IMG/VR virus record: IMGVR_UViG_3300045955_000166
Location: 5,468 to 69,467 of that record
Source of the DNA: a virus
DNA: 64,000 bases
Reading direction: 5' to 3' (one strand)
Below the pieces are notes generated by a model. The model saw only the letters and a program-made list of their open reading frames with translations, searched no databases and had not been told where the DNA came from. Below, one piece after another: positions 38,506 to 47,948 of the stretch; position 1 is the first letter of the stretch, and every line of letters begins with the position of its first letter. The translations under genes and the position numbers were made by a program.

Positions 38506-38813
38506 TTCTTAATAATGAGAAAAATAATCATTTGCAATTAACATCTTATAATTATAAAATCTATGATTGGGTAGATATTGAAGAACTTTTAAATAAACAT
38601 GGGTTATCTTTTTGGATTGATGAAGGTGATTATTATTTTAATATTCGGGCATGGTTTCATGAAAATAATTATTGGAGTGACATTCTTTTAGTTAGTGATT
38701 GGAAAATTGAATATTACACATTTAATGAAACGAGAGAAGATCAGTATGTAAAAAAAGTATTAGAAAAAATATGTGAATTAATGGAAGAATGTTATATATT
38801 TATGGAAACATAA
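38502..38813 (+). CDS. Hypothetical protein
   Basis: Overlapping start/stop with ruvC; YDW.DIEE motif. Confidence 0.5.
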   Translation: MILNNEKNNHLQLTSYNYKIYDWVDIEELLNKHGLSFWIDEGDYYFNIRAWFHENNYWSDILLVSDWKIEYYTFNETREDQYVKKVLEKICELMEECYIFMET

Positions 38814-38814
38814 A

Positions 38815-39421
38815 TATGGAAGATATATCAACATTAGAAAACAAAATAAAATTAGGGGCATACTTATGGGATGTTAGAAGAAAAGGAAAATATAAAAATA
38901 ATTTTATAAATTTTCGGAAATATTTAAAACAAGAACATGCATATATTTCTCCAACAGAAGCTATACATTACATTGATTTATATGTAATGTGTGCTTATAA
39001 TAATATAACACTTCAAAATATACAAGGTATATCATGGAAACGTATTAAATTATTTTTGAAAAAAATAACAAAAGAGAATAAAGATGCTATGTTAAAAGCC
39101 GCTAAAGAAATGTCAGAGGAAGAATATGAAGATTATATTTTTCCTAATAGAAAAATTTTTATGGGTAAAAATATAATAATACATATTCCTGCACATAAAT
39201 ATGCCTTATTATATAAAAAATTTCATGATGTAAAAGATCTTCATAAATTTGCATATATGTATGAAGTATTAGAGTTTCTTTTAAAAGAGGATAAAGATGT
39301 ATATTATAAAAATGAAAAATTAACTAATTTATTAGATCAGATGTCATTAGATGATATATTAGAATATGTTACAAAAAAATATCCACATACATTAATTGAA
39401 GTGACTGAATTAGAAGGGTAA
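38815..39421 (+). CDS. Putative DNA-binding protein (DUF3102-like helical N-terminus)
   Basis: LG..L..VR....Y...F..Y...E......A..YI.LY then ISWKRIK; inference from motif shape. Confidence 0.4.
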
Positions 39422-39426
39422 GATAT

Positions 39427-39924
39427 ATGCCTGAGTATATCACAGGGGAAATGTTTACAGAACTTGGATATGCTGATTTGTTTTTAGTAACAGCAAATTC
39501 TTTCATTAAACAGAATGGATCATTAGTCATGGGAGCAGGAGCAGCAGGGAAGTTAACGAAGCTCTATCCTCATATTCCTTTTGAAGCAGGTCAATTAGTA
39601 CGTGAGGTATGTGGGCATTTGGGGGTATATGGTGTTTTAGTTCTTACAGAATTGAAAGGAAAACATGTAGGTATTTTCCAAACAAAGAAAAATTATATGC
39701 AACCATCAAGTGTAGCTCTTATTGCATATTCATGTGAACTTCTTTGTAAACTTGCTGCACATTATAATCGTGTTGTTGTGAATTTTCCTGGTATCGGATA
39801 CGGGTTACTGGAGAAAGATCTTGTACAAGTATATACAGATACATTACCAAATAATGTATATATTTATGAATCATTAAATGGTGTGAAAATGGTAAATGCT
39901 TTAAATAAAAGGAAAGTTTCATGA
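39427..39924 (+). CDS. Macrodomain ADP-ribose hydrolase (DarG-like)
   Basis: GEMF...VTANS...VMGAGAA, IFQTK, FPGIGYGLL. Confidence 0.85.
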   Translation: MPEYITGEMFTELGYADLFLVTANSFIKQNGSLVMGAGAAGKLTKLYPHIPFEAGQLVREVCGHLGVYGVLVLTELKGKHVGIFQTKKNYMQPSSVALIAYSCELLCKLAAHYNRVVVNFPGIGYGLLEKDLVQVYTDTLPNNVYIYESLNGVKMVNALNKRKVS

Positions 39925-40613
39925 GGAATAATGGACAAATATGTGTTGAATTACAGGAAGTTATGGGTTCAGACAGGGCGATTGCCGAAAGTGCATGGAC
40001 AAGTAGTACAACACTTCAAGGAAAAGAAAAACGAACAGATGAAGATGTGATACGGATTGTAAAAATGCTCATTGATCATAAACATCATTCTCCATTAGAA
40101 GCTGTTGTATTTCGATTTTGGATCAAAATGCCGATATTTACTGATAGACAACATATGACACATAGGATTGCATCTCATAATGGTATGAGTGGGAGATATC
40201 GTACCATGCCTGAAGAATGGTATCATGTACCTTCAGATGTGCAAGAGATTCTTTTGTCATGTTATGAAGATTTATTAATGGATGATTATGAGAACTTGTG
40301 TGAACAATCGCATAATGTATATAGAACGGCATTAAATAATTTAAAGGAACAAGAAAAATTAGGGCATATAACAAATGCCGAATATAAAAGAGTACGAGAA
40401 TTTTATAGAGGCATATTACCTCAGTCAAGTATGACTGAGAGAGTTACTATTATGAACCTACGATCATTTGCTAATTATCAAAAACTCCGAAATAGTGAAC
40501 ATGCACAACCAGAAATTAAGACAGTTGCTCAATTAATGTTAGCAGAAGTAGAAGATAAAAATATGTGTCCAGTGGCAATACACACTTTAAAAGAAAAACA
40601 TTGGGAACTATAA
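39921..40613 (+). CDS. thyX: Flavin-dependent thymidylate synthase
   Basis: HHSPLE, RQHMTHRIASHNGMSGRY, NLRSFANY..LR...HAQPEI. Confidence 0.93.
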   Translation: MRNNGQICVELQEVMGSDRAIAESAWTSSTTLQGKEKRTDEDVIRIVKMLIDHKHHSPLEAVVFRFWIKMPIFTDRQHMTHRIASHNGMSGRYRTMPEEWYHVPSDVQEILLSCYEDLLMDDYENLCEQSHNVYRTALNNLKEQEKLGHITNAEYKRVREFYRGILPQSSMTERVTIMNLRSFANYQKLRNSEHAQPEIKTVAQLMLAEVEDKNMCPVAIHTLKEKHWEL

Positions 40614-40807
40614 TGAGTAAAGTACAATGTTTAGAATGTGGTGAAATTTTAGAATCAAAATATCGACATGATTTTCAACAATGTTCATGTCCTAATCAGA
40701 CCTTTGTTGATGGAGGATCTGCCTATATACGTTGTGGTGGGGTTGATTTAAATAAAATTAAAGTATTAAGTGGGAATAATAAATATGATGACGATAATGG
40801 AGTTTAA
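40613..40807 (+). CDS. Small Zn-ribbon phage protein
   Basis: CLECG.ILES..RHDF..CSC....VDGG..Y. Confidence 0.7.
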   Translation: MSKVQCLECGEILESKYRHDFQQCSCPNQTFVDGGSAYIRCGGVDLNKIKVLSGNNKYDDDNGV

Positions 40808-41237
40808 AGGTAAGTATAAATTTTTATCAAATTTTTTTCTCTGTAAAGTTGAATATGAAGATAAAATATATAAATCAGCCGAACACGCATATCAAGCATC
40901 AAAAACAGATGATGAATATTGGAGCACTATAATTGCTGAAGCAGATACGCCAAATAAAGCAAAACAATGTGGAAAAAAATGTCCATATATTCGTGAAGAT
41001 TGGGATGAAGTAAAAATAAATATTATGAAAAAAATTGTGTATAACAAGTTCATGCATAATGATAAATTGAAACAACAGTTAATTGCAACATCTCCTTCAA
41101 AACTCATTGAAGGAAATTACTGGCATGATAATTGGTGGGGTAGTTGTTTTTGTCAAAAATGTAAAAATATACAGGGAAGTAATATGTTAGGGTTAATTCT
41201 TATGGATATTAGGGAACAAAGTATTACTAAAGGATAA
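40785..41237 (+). CDS. NADAR family protein
   Basis: FLSNF, SAEHAYQASK, REDWDEVK..IM...KF, LIEGNYWHD.WWG, N.LG.ILM.IR. Confidence 0.92.
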   Translation: MMTIMEFKGKYKFLSNFFLCKVEYEDKIYKSAEHAYQASKTDDEYWSTIIAEADTPNKAKQCGKKCPYIREDWDEVKINIMKKIVYNKFMHNDKLKQQLIATSPSKLIEGNYWHDNWWGSCFCQKCKNIQGSNMLGLILMDIREQSITKG

Positions 41238-41241
41238 GTAT

Positions 41242-41505
41242 ATGAAAAGAAATATGTGGTTTGTAGGTATTTTTATAGGTTTATTGTTAGGTGGATGTGT
41301 TGCTGCTGTAGATCCGTATGGAAATGTCTCTGTAACCCCTGCTCCTGTGACAATTACAACGCCACCTGTGTATATACAGCCATCTCCACCTGTCTATGTG
41401 ACACCACCTAGTTATCGTTATAGACGATGTTATTCGTATCGACAAAGACAATATGATAGATACGGTAATTGGTATGGTTATCGAACCTATAGGAGATGTA
41501 ACTAA
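41242..41505 (+). CDS. Small Pro/Tyr/Arg-rich lipoprotein
   Basis: Lipobox LLGG-C; PPVY repeats; RRC...RRC C-terminus. Confidence 0.7.
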   Translation: MKRNMWFVGIFIGLLLGGCVAAVDPYGNVSVTPAPVTITTPPVYIQPSPPVYVTPPSYRYRRCYSYRQRQYDRYGNWYGYRTYRRCN

Positions 41506-41777
41506 TGAGACTTTATGATGTATATGGAGAAAAAGGATGTCAAATAAAAGTTGGTGAACGTGCTATGTTATGTTATGTACCAGGAAATACAGTGCTTATT
41601 CCTGATGGAGTGTACGTATGTCATGAAGGATTAGTGGTAATCCATAATGGAATTTTTGTATGTGAATTAGATGATTTATATACGAAATGGGGTGATAAAT
41701 TAGATAAGTGTGTTATTTTGGATAGTATAAAACCTGATAATAAAAATGATGAAGAACCTTTTACTAATGGGGTATAA
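41505..41777 (+). CDS. Hypothetical protein
   Basis: Coupled TAATG start; 90 aa. Confidence 0.55.
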   Translation: MRLYDVYGEKGCQIKVGERAMLCYVPGNTVLIPDGVYVCHEGLVVIHNGIFVCELDDLYTKWGDKLDKCVILDSIKPDNKNDEEPFTNGV

Positions 41778-41778
41778 T

Positions 41779-41916
41779 ATGATGCTTACTGTTACAATGA
41801 TTTTAGCAATTCTTGCTTTAATATTAGCAGCTTTGGCTGGTGCTAATTGGGTTCCTTTATGGGTATCTGTAGTATTATTAGCGGTACTACAATTACTTCA
41901 ACATGTACCACGATAG
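41779..41916 (+). CDS. Small two-helix membrane protein (not in ORF track)
   Basis: MMLTVTMILAILALILAALAGANWVPLWVSVVLLAVLQLLQHVPR; SD GGGGT; followed by motif and hairpin. Confidence 0.55.
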   Translation: MMLTVTMILAILALILAALAGANWVPLWVSVVLLAVLQLLQHVPR

Positions 41917-41944
41917 GAAAAATTAAATTATTTAATGATGGAAT

Positions 41945-41966
41945 GAGCACCTTGAAAAAGGTGCTT
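41945..41966 (+). terminator. Hairpin GAGCACCTT-GAAA-AAGGTGCTT
   Basis: 9-bp stem (one G-U) with GNRA tetraloop, intergenic. Confidence 0.55.
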
Positions 41967-41978
41967 AAAGGGAATACA

Positions 41979-42299
41979 ATGATATTCAAATATTATGAAG
42001 CAATTGTAAGTGGTGGTGACGAACATCAACTTCAATTAAGTCCTACAAATTATGTTGTCTATGCTGTTGGTGAAGATTTAATGGAATGTACAGATAATGT
42101 TATTGTATATCTTCATACGTTGAACAGACATTTTCCAGATAGATATGCTTTTACACCATATAGTTATGAAGGTGGTGTATGTGCAAGATATTATCGTTTC
42201 CCACCAAAACCTAATGTTGATTTAACATTGGGATTTTATGCAGCAGAACCACATGGATCTACTGACAGCCATTGGATGCACCAATGTATGCAAAATTAA
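41979..42299 (+). CDS. Hypothetical protein
   Basis: SD AAGGGA before ATG 41979 (track start 41847 overlaps another ORF). Confidence 0.5.
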   Translation: MIFKYYEAIVSGGDEHQLQLSPTNYVVYAVGEDLMECTDNVIVYLHTLNRHFPDRYAFTPYSYEGGVCARYYRFPPKPNVDLTLGFYAAEPHGSTDSHWMHQCMQN

Positions 42300-42314
42300 G
42301 TAAAGGAGATACAC

Positions 42315-42521
42315 ATGTATATAGTTACTGTTCGAGAAACAATTGAAACAGCTTTTACATTGGATTGTGACTCAGAAGATCAAGCAAAAAGTGTAGTAAT
42401 GCAATATCTTGATGGACATTATATGGACAGTGGTCCTTTTATAGATAAGGAAGAAGTCTATACAAATGCCGTAGAAATACTTTCAGTAAAGGAAGAAGAA
42501 CATGAAAATGAATCTCCGTAA
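42315..42521 (+). CDS. Small acidic hypothetical protein
   Basis: SD AAGGAG; Y.VTVRE.......V/D.SED.A pattern. Confidence 0.55.
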   Translation: MYIVTVRETIETAFTLDCDSEDQAKSVVMQYLDGHYMDSGPFIDKEEVYTNAVEILSVKEEEHENESP

Positions 42522-42825
42522 AATTTTGTTATGTAGTATGTTAGGATTATTTTTATCCGTTGGTGTACCTTCTATAATTGATTCTGTGGAAGCCCATGGA
42601 GGTCATTCAGATTGGCGTGGACGTGAACATCATAGACGTGAACATCATCAACGTGAACATCGTAGACATCGTAATAAGCATCGTAGAGAAAGACAACGTA
42701 TATATCGTGGTGGACAATACATATATATACAACCACCTGTTGTATATACTCCAGCAAGACGTTGTGTAAATAGACAAGTACAATGGTGTCATCCACATTA
42801 TAGATGGGAAAGAAGGTGTTATTAA
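42502..42825 (+). CDS. Secreted His/Arg-rich small protein
   Basis: Signal peptide ending VEA; REHH repeats; YIQPPVVY...RRC...RRC tail. Confidence 0.65.
   Translation: MKMNLRKILLCSMLGLFLSVGVPSIIDSVEAHGGHSDWRGREHHRREHHQREHRRHRNKHRRERQRIYRGGQYIYIQPPVVYTPARRCVNRQVQWCHPHYRWERRCY
42621..42665 (+). repeat. Three tandem 15-bp repeats ACGTGAACATCRTNN
   Basis: acgtgaacatcatag / acgtgaacatcatca / acgtgaacatcgtag, encoding REH units. Confidence 0.85.
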
Positions 42826-43097
42826 TGTCTAAACCACAATTAAAGACTTTAAGCTATTATGATATAGATGAGGTTTTAGCTTATCTTGAAGAAAAATATG
42901 GTGCAGATACAATTGAATCAGTACAAGAGATACTTGATTATTTTGATTATGAATTGCCTACTGTCACATTTATTACGTATGAAGATAAACATAAACTCTA
43001 TTATATGGCTCCAATTTTTGTAGAGAAAAAAGAGAAAGAATTTGCTATACTTACAGAAGAATTTGGACCAGATTTTAATTTAAATATTGGAGATTGA
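42804..43097 (+). CDS. Hypothetical protein (YD..EV..YLEEKY family)
   Basis: Motif shared with 35756..36070. Confidence 0.55.
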   Translation: MGKKVLLMSKPQLKTLSYYDIDEVLAYLEEKYGADTIESVQEILDYFDYELPTVTFITYEDKHKLYYMAPIFVEKKEKEFAILTEEFGPDFNLNIGD

Positions 43098-43100
43098 TAT

Positions 43101-43631
43101 ATGTCTGTAAGTAAAAAAGAAATATGGAAAGATATTATTGGATATGAGAATTATTATCAAATAAGTAATTATGGAAATGTAAAAAGTTTAGAACGTTCTT
43201 TTCATTTAGGAGGAATAAGAAAAGAAAAAATTTTAAAATTCAGTATAAATACAAGTGGATATTTTCAGGTTACATTACAAAAAAATGGAGAAAAGAAAAA
43301 TTATCTTGTACACAAATTAGTAGCATTGCATTTTATACCTAATCCAGATAATAAATCTGAAATAAACCATAAAGACGGAAACAAATTAAATAATTTAATT
43401 AATAATTTAGAATGGTGTACAAGATCTGAAAATGCTTTACATGCTTTTCAATTAGGTTTAAGAAATAATAAAGAAGAAAAAAGTCCAAATAGGAAATTAA
43501 ATATTCAACAAGTTTTTGAAATACGAGAATTATTAAATAAAAAAATTCCACATAAAATAATTGCAGAAAAATATAAAGTTAGTCATCATTGTATAGCTAA
43601 TATAAATACAAAACGTACATGGAAATTTTAG
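43101..43631 (+). CDS. NUMOD4-HNH homing endonuclease
   Basis: EIWKDIIGYENYYQISNYGNVKS; VHKLVALHFIPNP; INHKDGNKLNN..NLEWCT. Confidence 0.92.
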   Translation: MSVSKKEIWKDIIGYENYYQISNYGNVKSLERSFHLGGIRKEKILKFSINTSGYFQVTLQKNGEKKNYLVHKLVALHFIPNPDNKSEINHKDGNKLNNLINNLEWCTRSENALHAFQLGLRNNKEEKSPNRKLNIQQVFEIRELLNKKIPHKIIAEKYKVSHHCIANINTKRTWKF

Positions 43632-43642
43632 GAGGAATTTTA

Positions 43643-44200
43643 ATGTTATTAAATGATAAAATGATTTGTGAGTATGTAAAAAACTATAATATGATTAATC
43701 CTTTTATTGATCATAAAGTAAAATCTGTCTTGAGTTATGGTCTTGATCCTGCTGGATATGTTATAACTTTACAGCCACATTTTTTGGTATTTTGCCCAAC
43801 AAAAGATTATATAATTGATTCATTACAACAAGATAATATGGATAATTATTATCTTATTGAAAATGATTATGTACATATTCCTCCATATGGACGTATATTA
43901 GGATTAGCTACAGAACGTTTGAAGTTACCTCTTAATGTGAGTGCTGAATGTTGGGGAAAATCATCTCTTGCTCGTATAGGAATAGTACCTCATATTACAC
44001 CTATTGAAGCAGGATATGAAGGGAATTTAACTATTGAAGTATCTAACTTTAACTCCTGTGGTGTAAAGTTATATGCTGGTGTTGGTATTGCTCAAGTACG
44101 TTTTCATTTACATGAGACTGTAGGAACAGCATATCAAGGAAAATATCAAGGCGCAAGTAACATAGAACTTAACAAATATCATGTTGAGGAGCATATATGA
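43643..44200 (+). CDS. dcd: dCTP deaminase
   Basis: LSYGL...GY, GKSSLARIGI, TPIEAGYEGNLTIE, GIAQV.F, YQGKYQ; SD AGGAGG. Confidence 0.92.
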   Translation: MLLNDKMICEYVKNYNMINPFIDHKVKSVLSYGLDPAGYVITLQPHFLVFCPTKDYIIDSLQQDNMDNYYLIENDYVHIPPYGRILGLATERLKLPLNVSAECWGKSSLARIGIVPHITPIEAGYEGNLTIEVSNFNSCGVKLYAGVGIAQVRFHLHETVGTAYQGKYQGASNIELNKYHVEEHI

Positions 44201-44550
44201 AATTATATATGAATCATAATAATTTAACATGTGCATATTATAATAAAACTCAAGAGGAATTAATGTTAGGGTTTTATGGAAATTTCCCCTACGTGCATTA
44301 TAATAATGATGCAGCTACTAATTTATTAGAGCGCACATTGATTGGTATTACGGAAATACCAGAAGAAGAAGAAAATCATATTATTTATCATCATCCATTA
44401 GAAGTGTTAATAATTAACCGAATTGATTTAGCTGCTGCTGATCAACTTGACAATACATTACGAATATGGTTTAATAGTGGAAACGATTTTCTTGAAATTC
44501 ATTCACCAAGAGCAGAAGAAATGTTTGAAAGGATCAAAACGTCAATATGA
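44197..44550 (+). CDS. Hypothetical protein
   Basis: ATGA overlap with dcd; SD GAGGAG. Confidence 0.55.
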   Translation: MKLYMNHNNLTCAYYNKTQEELMLGFYGNFPYVHYNNDAATNLLERTLIGITEIPEEEENHIIYHHPLEVLIINRIDLAAADQLDNTLRIWFNSGNDFLEIHSPRAEEMFERIKTSI

Positions 44551-44940
44551 AGAAATTTAGAAAAAACACAGATGAGGGTCATAAACAACTTAAAATGGAA
44601 CCCTTAAAGAAAGAAAAGTATAAATATCAACAATTTCTTTCTGAAGAAGAAAAACTTGACTTAAATCAACGAAATGGATATAATTTTTACAGAGATAAAT
44701 CTCTTATAAAGGATATAGAAGATGCCTAAATTTGAAGTAGTATTGCATACCAAGTCTATTTTTGTTGTTGAAGCTGCTACAAGGGGTGAAGCATTGCGTG
44801 TTTGTGTAGAAGGTGGTATTGTTCCGCGTAGACAAACAACAGAAAATTTTGAAGTATCACAAGCAGGTACATTTGCTTATGTTGATAATATGAAAGACAG
44901 TGATGATACTGTAGCTGTATGAGAATTAAATAATTTAATC

Positions 44941-44959
44941 GGGCTGTCAAGAGCAGCCC
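44941..44959 (+). terminator. Hairpin GGGCTG...CAGCCC
   Basis: GC-rich 6-bp stem directly after palindromic motif 44926. Confidence 0.45.
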
Positions 44960-45212
44960 ATGTAAAATTTTATCTGAAAGATAATCTATGGGTGATTATT
45001 ATTTCATTTTTCTTGTTTCTCTTGGTATATTTACTCTTTTAGGTACATTTATCTGTGCTATTGTTTTGTTAATAATTTTATTTTTTGGGCGTAATAAAAA
45101 TGAAAAGCATGATGGAAGTGTTTGTGATTAATTGTATTGTCTATGTAGTATTTGGTTGTATAGTTACTGGCATGATTTGTTTATTTATGTGGTATTATTT
45201 CAGGAGGAATAA

Positions 45213-45803
45213 ATGAGAATAGGGTTAATGGGTGTATCTGCATGTGGTAAAACAACATTAGCATTATATTTGACACACAATAAAATAGTTGATGTGTCAT
45301 TTTTACCAAGTTGTGCAAGAAAAATTGCAGCAGAACATGGTTTTCAATCAAATGAAGATTTTATGAATGCATCAGTGGGTGATGTATATGCATGTCAAGA
45401 TCGTATGTTTACGTATAGAATGGAGCAAGAACAATATTTAAAAGAATTTGTATCAGATCGAACTTTACTTGATATTTTTATTCACACAATATTTCGTTGT
45501 CCATCAATGGTATCAGAATTTATGTATAAAACATACCAACGACAAGTATATACATCATTAAAAACATATGATTATTTATTTTATTTAGAATCTCCACCTA
45601 TTATAAAAGATGATGATCCACTTCGTATTACAGATCAATCAATTATTTATGTACTGCAAATATTATATTATGACTATATAATTATGTTTAATAATAAAGC
45701 GGTACAAGGTAAAAACAAACCCATATATTATCTACCATGGGACACCTTAGAAAATCGTGTAGAAAAAGTACAAGCGATACTAGGAGATCAAGAGGAAAAG
45801 TAA
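45213..45803 (+). CDS. P-loop kinase (NadR/AAA_28 or dNMP kinase-like)
   Basis: GVSACGKTTLA, FVSDRTLLD, YDYLFY, DD..R. Confidence 0.8.
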   Translation: MRIGLMGVSACGKTTLALYLTHNKIVDVSFLPSCARKIAAEHGFQSNEDFMNASVGDVYACQDRMFTYRMEQEQYLKEFVSDRTLLDIFIHTIFRCPSMVSEFMYKTYQRQVYTSLKTYDYLFYLESPPIIKDDDPLRITDQSIIYVLQILYYDYIIMFNNKAVQGKNKPIYYLPWDTLENRVEKVQAILGDQEEK

Positions 45804-45804
45804 C

Positions 45805-47622
45805 ATGTTAAAAACTCGTTTTTTCTATAAAAGTACGGATGAAAAATATAAAGAATTACCAGAACAAATCCATAAAGAAGTCTATGGAAATAAGGCAACA
45901 AATCTTTTTGGATTAAAGTCTATAGAGGATATCAATGTTCCTTTCTTTGTTGTTTTGCCGACAAATTTTTGCCGACTCTATAGAAAAGATAAAGTACAAG
46001 CAGAATTAAGACTTGTTGATGTTATTAAACAAGTCTTAGTACCACAATTTGGAAAAAAATTAGTATCTGTCAGATCTGGTGCTCCGTATTCTATGCCTGG
46101 ACTTATGAGTACCATTCTTAATGTTGGATTAACAGTACAGAATTTTAAAGAATGGATGGAAAAATTAGGACAAGAAGCAGCATTTAATTCTCTTTTCCGT
46201 TTTCGGAAAATGTTTGGTGAGACAGTTTTAGGATTGACATTACATAGTACCTATGTATTTAATGATCCTGTACAATCATTAAAAAATATAAAAGCCGAAT
46301 ATGAAGCACTTCAACAAAAAACTCCAGAGATGTTAGATCTAGGGAGTCAATTATTTTATGCTATAAAAGCTATATGGGAAAGTTGGGATTCTCCAGAAGC
46401 AGAAGCCTATAGAAAATTTAATCATTTAAAAGATGTAGGTACAGGTGTAATTATTCAAGAAATGGTGTTTGGCAACACCTTCAGAGGTTCTACAGGTGTC
46501 ATGTTTTCTTCTAATCTTGAAACAGGTGCAGATAGAATACAAGGAGAGTACATTTTTAATGCTCAAGGAGAAGATATTGTTTCAGGCCATGAGACACCTT
46601 TAAATATTGATACACTTTTAGAAACAGGATTTGAAGCATTATATAAACTTCTTGAAAAAAATGCCAAAAAAATAGAAAACCATTACAAATATCCACAAGA
46701 TATTGAATGGACATTATATAATAAAAGATTGTATTTCTTACAAACACGTGATGCAAAAATTCCATCAAGTACAAAAATAACAATGTTGTATGAAAACCTT
46801 ATTCTCCAAAAGAATCATATTCCATTAAAGCATTTAACTCTCCAAGATTTTATGTTAGATGTAAACAAACTCAGTATATCAAAAGATACACCATTTTTTA
46901 ATGGTAAAAGTGCATGTAATGGTGTAGCTATTGGGACATTAACATTTGATATAGACAAATGTACAGAGAACTCTATCTACTGTACAGAATATACCACAAC
47001 AGAAATGATTCCTGCTCTCTTAAAATGTAAAGGAATTATTGCTCTTACAGGTGGTATAACATCTCATGCAGCAGTATTAGCAAGAAGTTTACAAAAGCCA
47101 TGTTTATTAAATTTAGAAGCAGAATATAATGCCGAAAAAAATACATTGAGTACAAATGATTTATGTTTACTTGAAGGTGACACAATTTCTTTAGATAGTA
47201 CCAATGGAAAATTATATAAAGGAAAAGGGAAAATTGTAAAAGATACTGTATTATTAAAAAAAATAGATTCAATATGGACATTTATTTTTTCGTATTTCAA
47301 AGATCCATTAGTAATAACAAATCCATATATACCATTAGAAATGATAGGGAAAAATGTTTTATTAGATCCTTCATGGTTTATGTTTCCTTATGAAGAATTT
47401 TGTAAAAAAATAAAACCATTACAAAAAACGATACGGACATATTATGTTCATAGATCAAATAATATTCATCCATATTATTTAAAATTTGTTAATGAAGAAA
47501 TTGTTGACAAACACTTAGAGAACTATTATAATTTATTAGGAGCACATGATATTACACATGTAGAAAAAGGAATATTTACTCATGAAGAATTATTACGGGC
47601 AATGATAGCAACAATAATTTAA
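45805..47622 (+). CDS. Pyruvate phosphate dikinase-like protein lacking the pyruvate-binding TIM barrel
   Basis: GNKA.NL, LVSVRSGAPYSMPGLMSTILNVGL, IQEMVFGN, GVMFS, NAQGEDIVSG, QDIEWT..LYFLQTR, phospho-His motif GGITSHAAVLAR; only about 130 unrelated aa follow. Confidence 0.88.
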   Translation: MLKTRFFYKSTDEKYKELPEQIHKEVYGNKATNLFGLKSIEDINVPFFVVLPTNFCRLYRKDKVQAELRLVDVIKQVLVPQFGKKLVSVRSGAPYSMPGLMSTILNVGLTVQNFKEWMEKLGQEAAFNSLFRFRKMFGETVLGLTLHSTYVFNDPVQSLKNIKAEYEALQQKTPEMLDLGSQLFYAIKAIWESWDSPEAEAYRKFNHLKDVGTGVIIQEMVFGNTFRGSTGVMFSSNLETGADRIQGEYIFNAQGEDIVSGHETPLNIDTLLETGFEALYKLLEKNAKKIENHYKYPQDIEWTLYNKRLYFLQTRDAKIPSSTKITMLYENLILQKNHIPLKHLTLQDFMLDVNKLSISKDTPFFNGKSACNGVAIGTLTFDIDKCTENSIYCTEYTTTEMIPALLKCKGIIALTGGITSHAAVLARSLQKPCLLNLEAEYNAEKNTLSTNDLCLLEGDTISLDSTNGKLYKGKGKIVKDTVLLKKIDSIWTFIFSYFKDPLVITNPYIPLEMIGKNVLLDPSWFMFPYEEFCKKIKPLQKTIRTYYVHRSNNIHPYYLKFVNEEIVDKHLENYYNLLGAHDITHVEKGIFTHEELLRAMIATII

Positions 47623-47636
47623 TAAAGGAATAATAT

Positions 47637-47948
47637 ATGTCTCATACATTTGGAACACTAGGTATCTGTTTACCTGTTAATGATTCTTTTTTCGTAGGAG
47701 ATGTAAAATTTACTGTAACAGAGATACGACATAATTGGGTGAAAAAGCACTATACATGTGCTTTAACATATGCTGCTCAAGAAAAAGAAGGAGTTATAAT
47801 ACTCAAACAAAATCATGAGTTACCATTTTATAGTGAGTTACTGTCACCTGTATTTATGTGGATAGGCAAAAGAACAACTTCTTCTATTGCACACGTGTTC
47901 ATTAGCGCATATAAGAACGTTCCCATTAGGAGAGAGAATTATGTTTAA
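47637..47948 (+). CDS. CsrA/RsmA-like protein (extended)
   Basis: N-term LGICLPVNDSFFVGDVKFTVTEI and C-term AHVFISAYKNVPIRRENY resemble the two ends of CsrA. Confidence 0.5.
   Translation: MSHTFGTLGICLPVNDSFFVGDVKFTVTEIRHNWVKKHYTCALTYAAQEKEGVIILKQNHELPFYSELLSPVFMWIGKRTTSSIAHVFISAYKNVPIRRENYV

Noticed and set aside
41847-41978. Track start of ORF 41847..42299, and likewise 53587 and 59036
   Set aside because: Upstream extensions overlap other ORFs or hairpins; better SD-linked ATGs at 41979, 53695/53701 and 59078
42621-42665. Tandem repeats as a mini CRISPR array
   Set aside because: 15-bp contiguous coding repeats without spacers
45805-47622. PPDK as a pseudogene or ordinary glycolytic auxiliary gene
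   Set aside because: Catalytic motifs are intact, the frame stays open through a distinct C-terminal domain, and no barrel remnant is visible downstream
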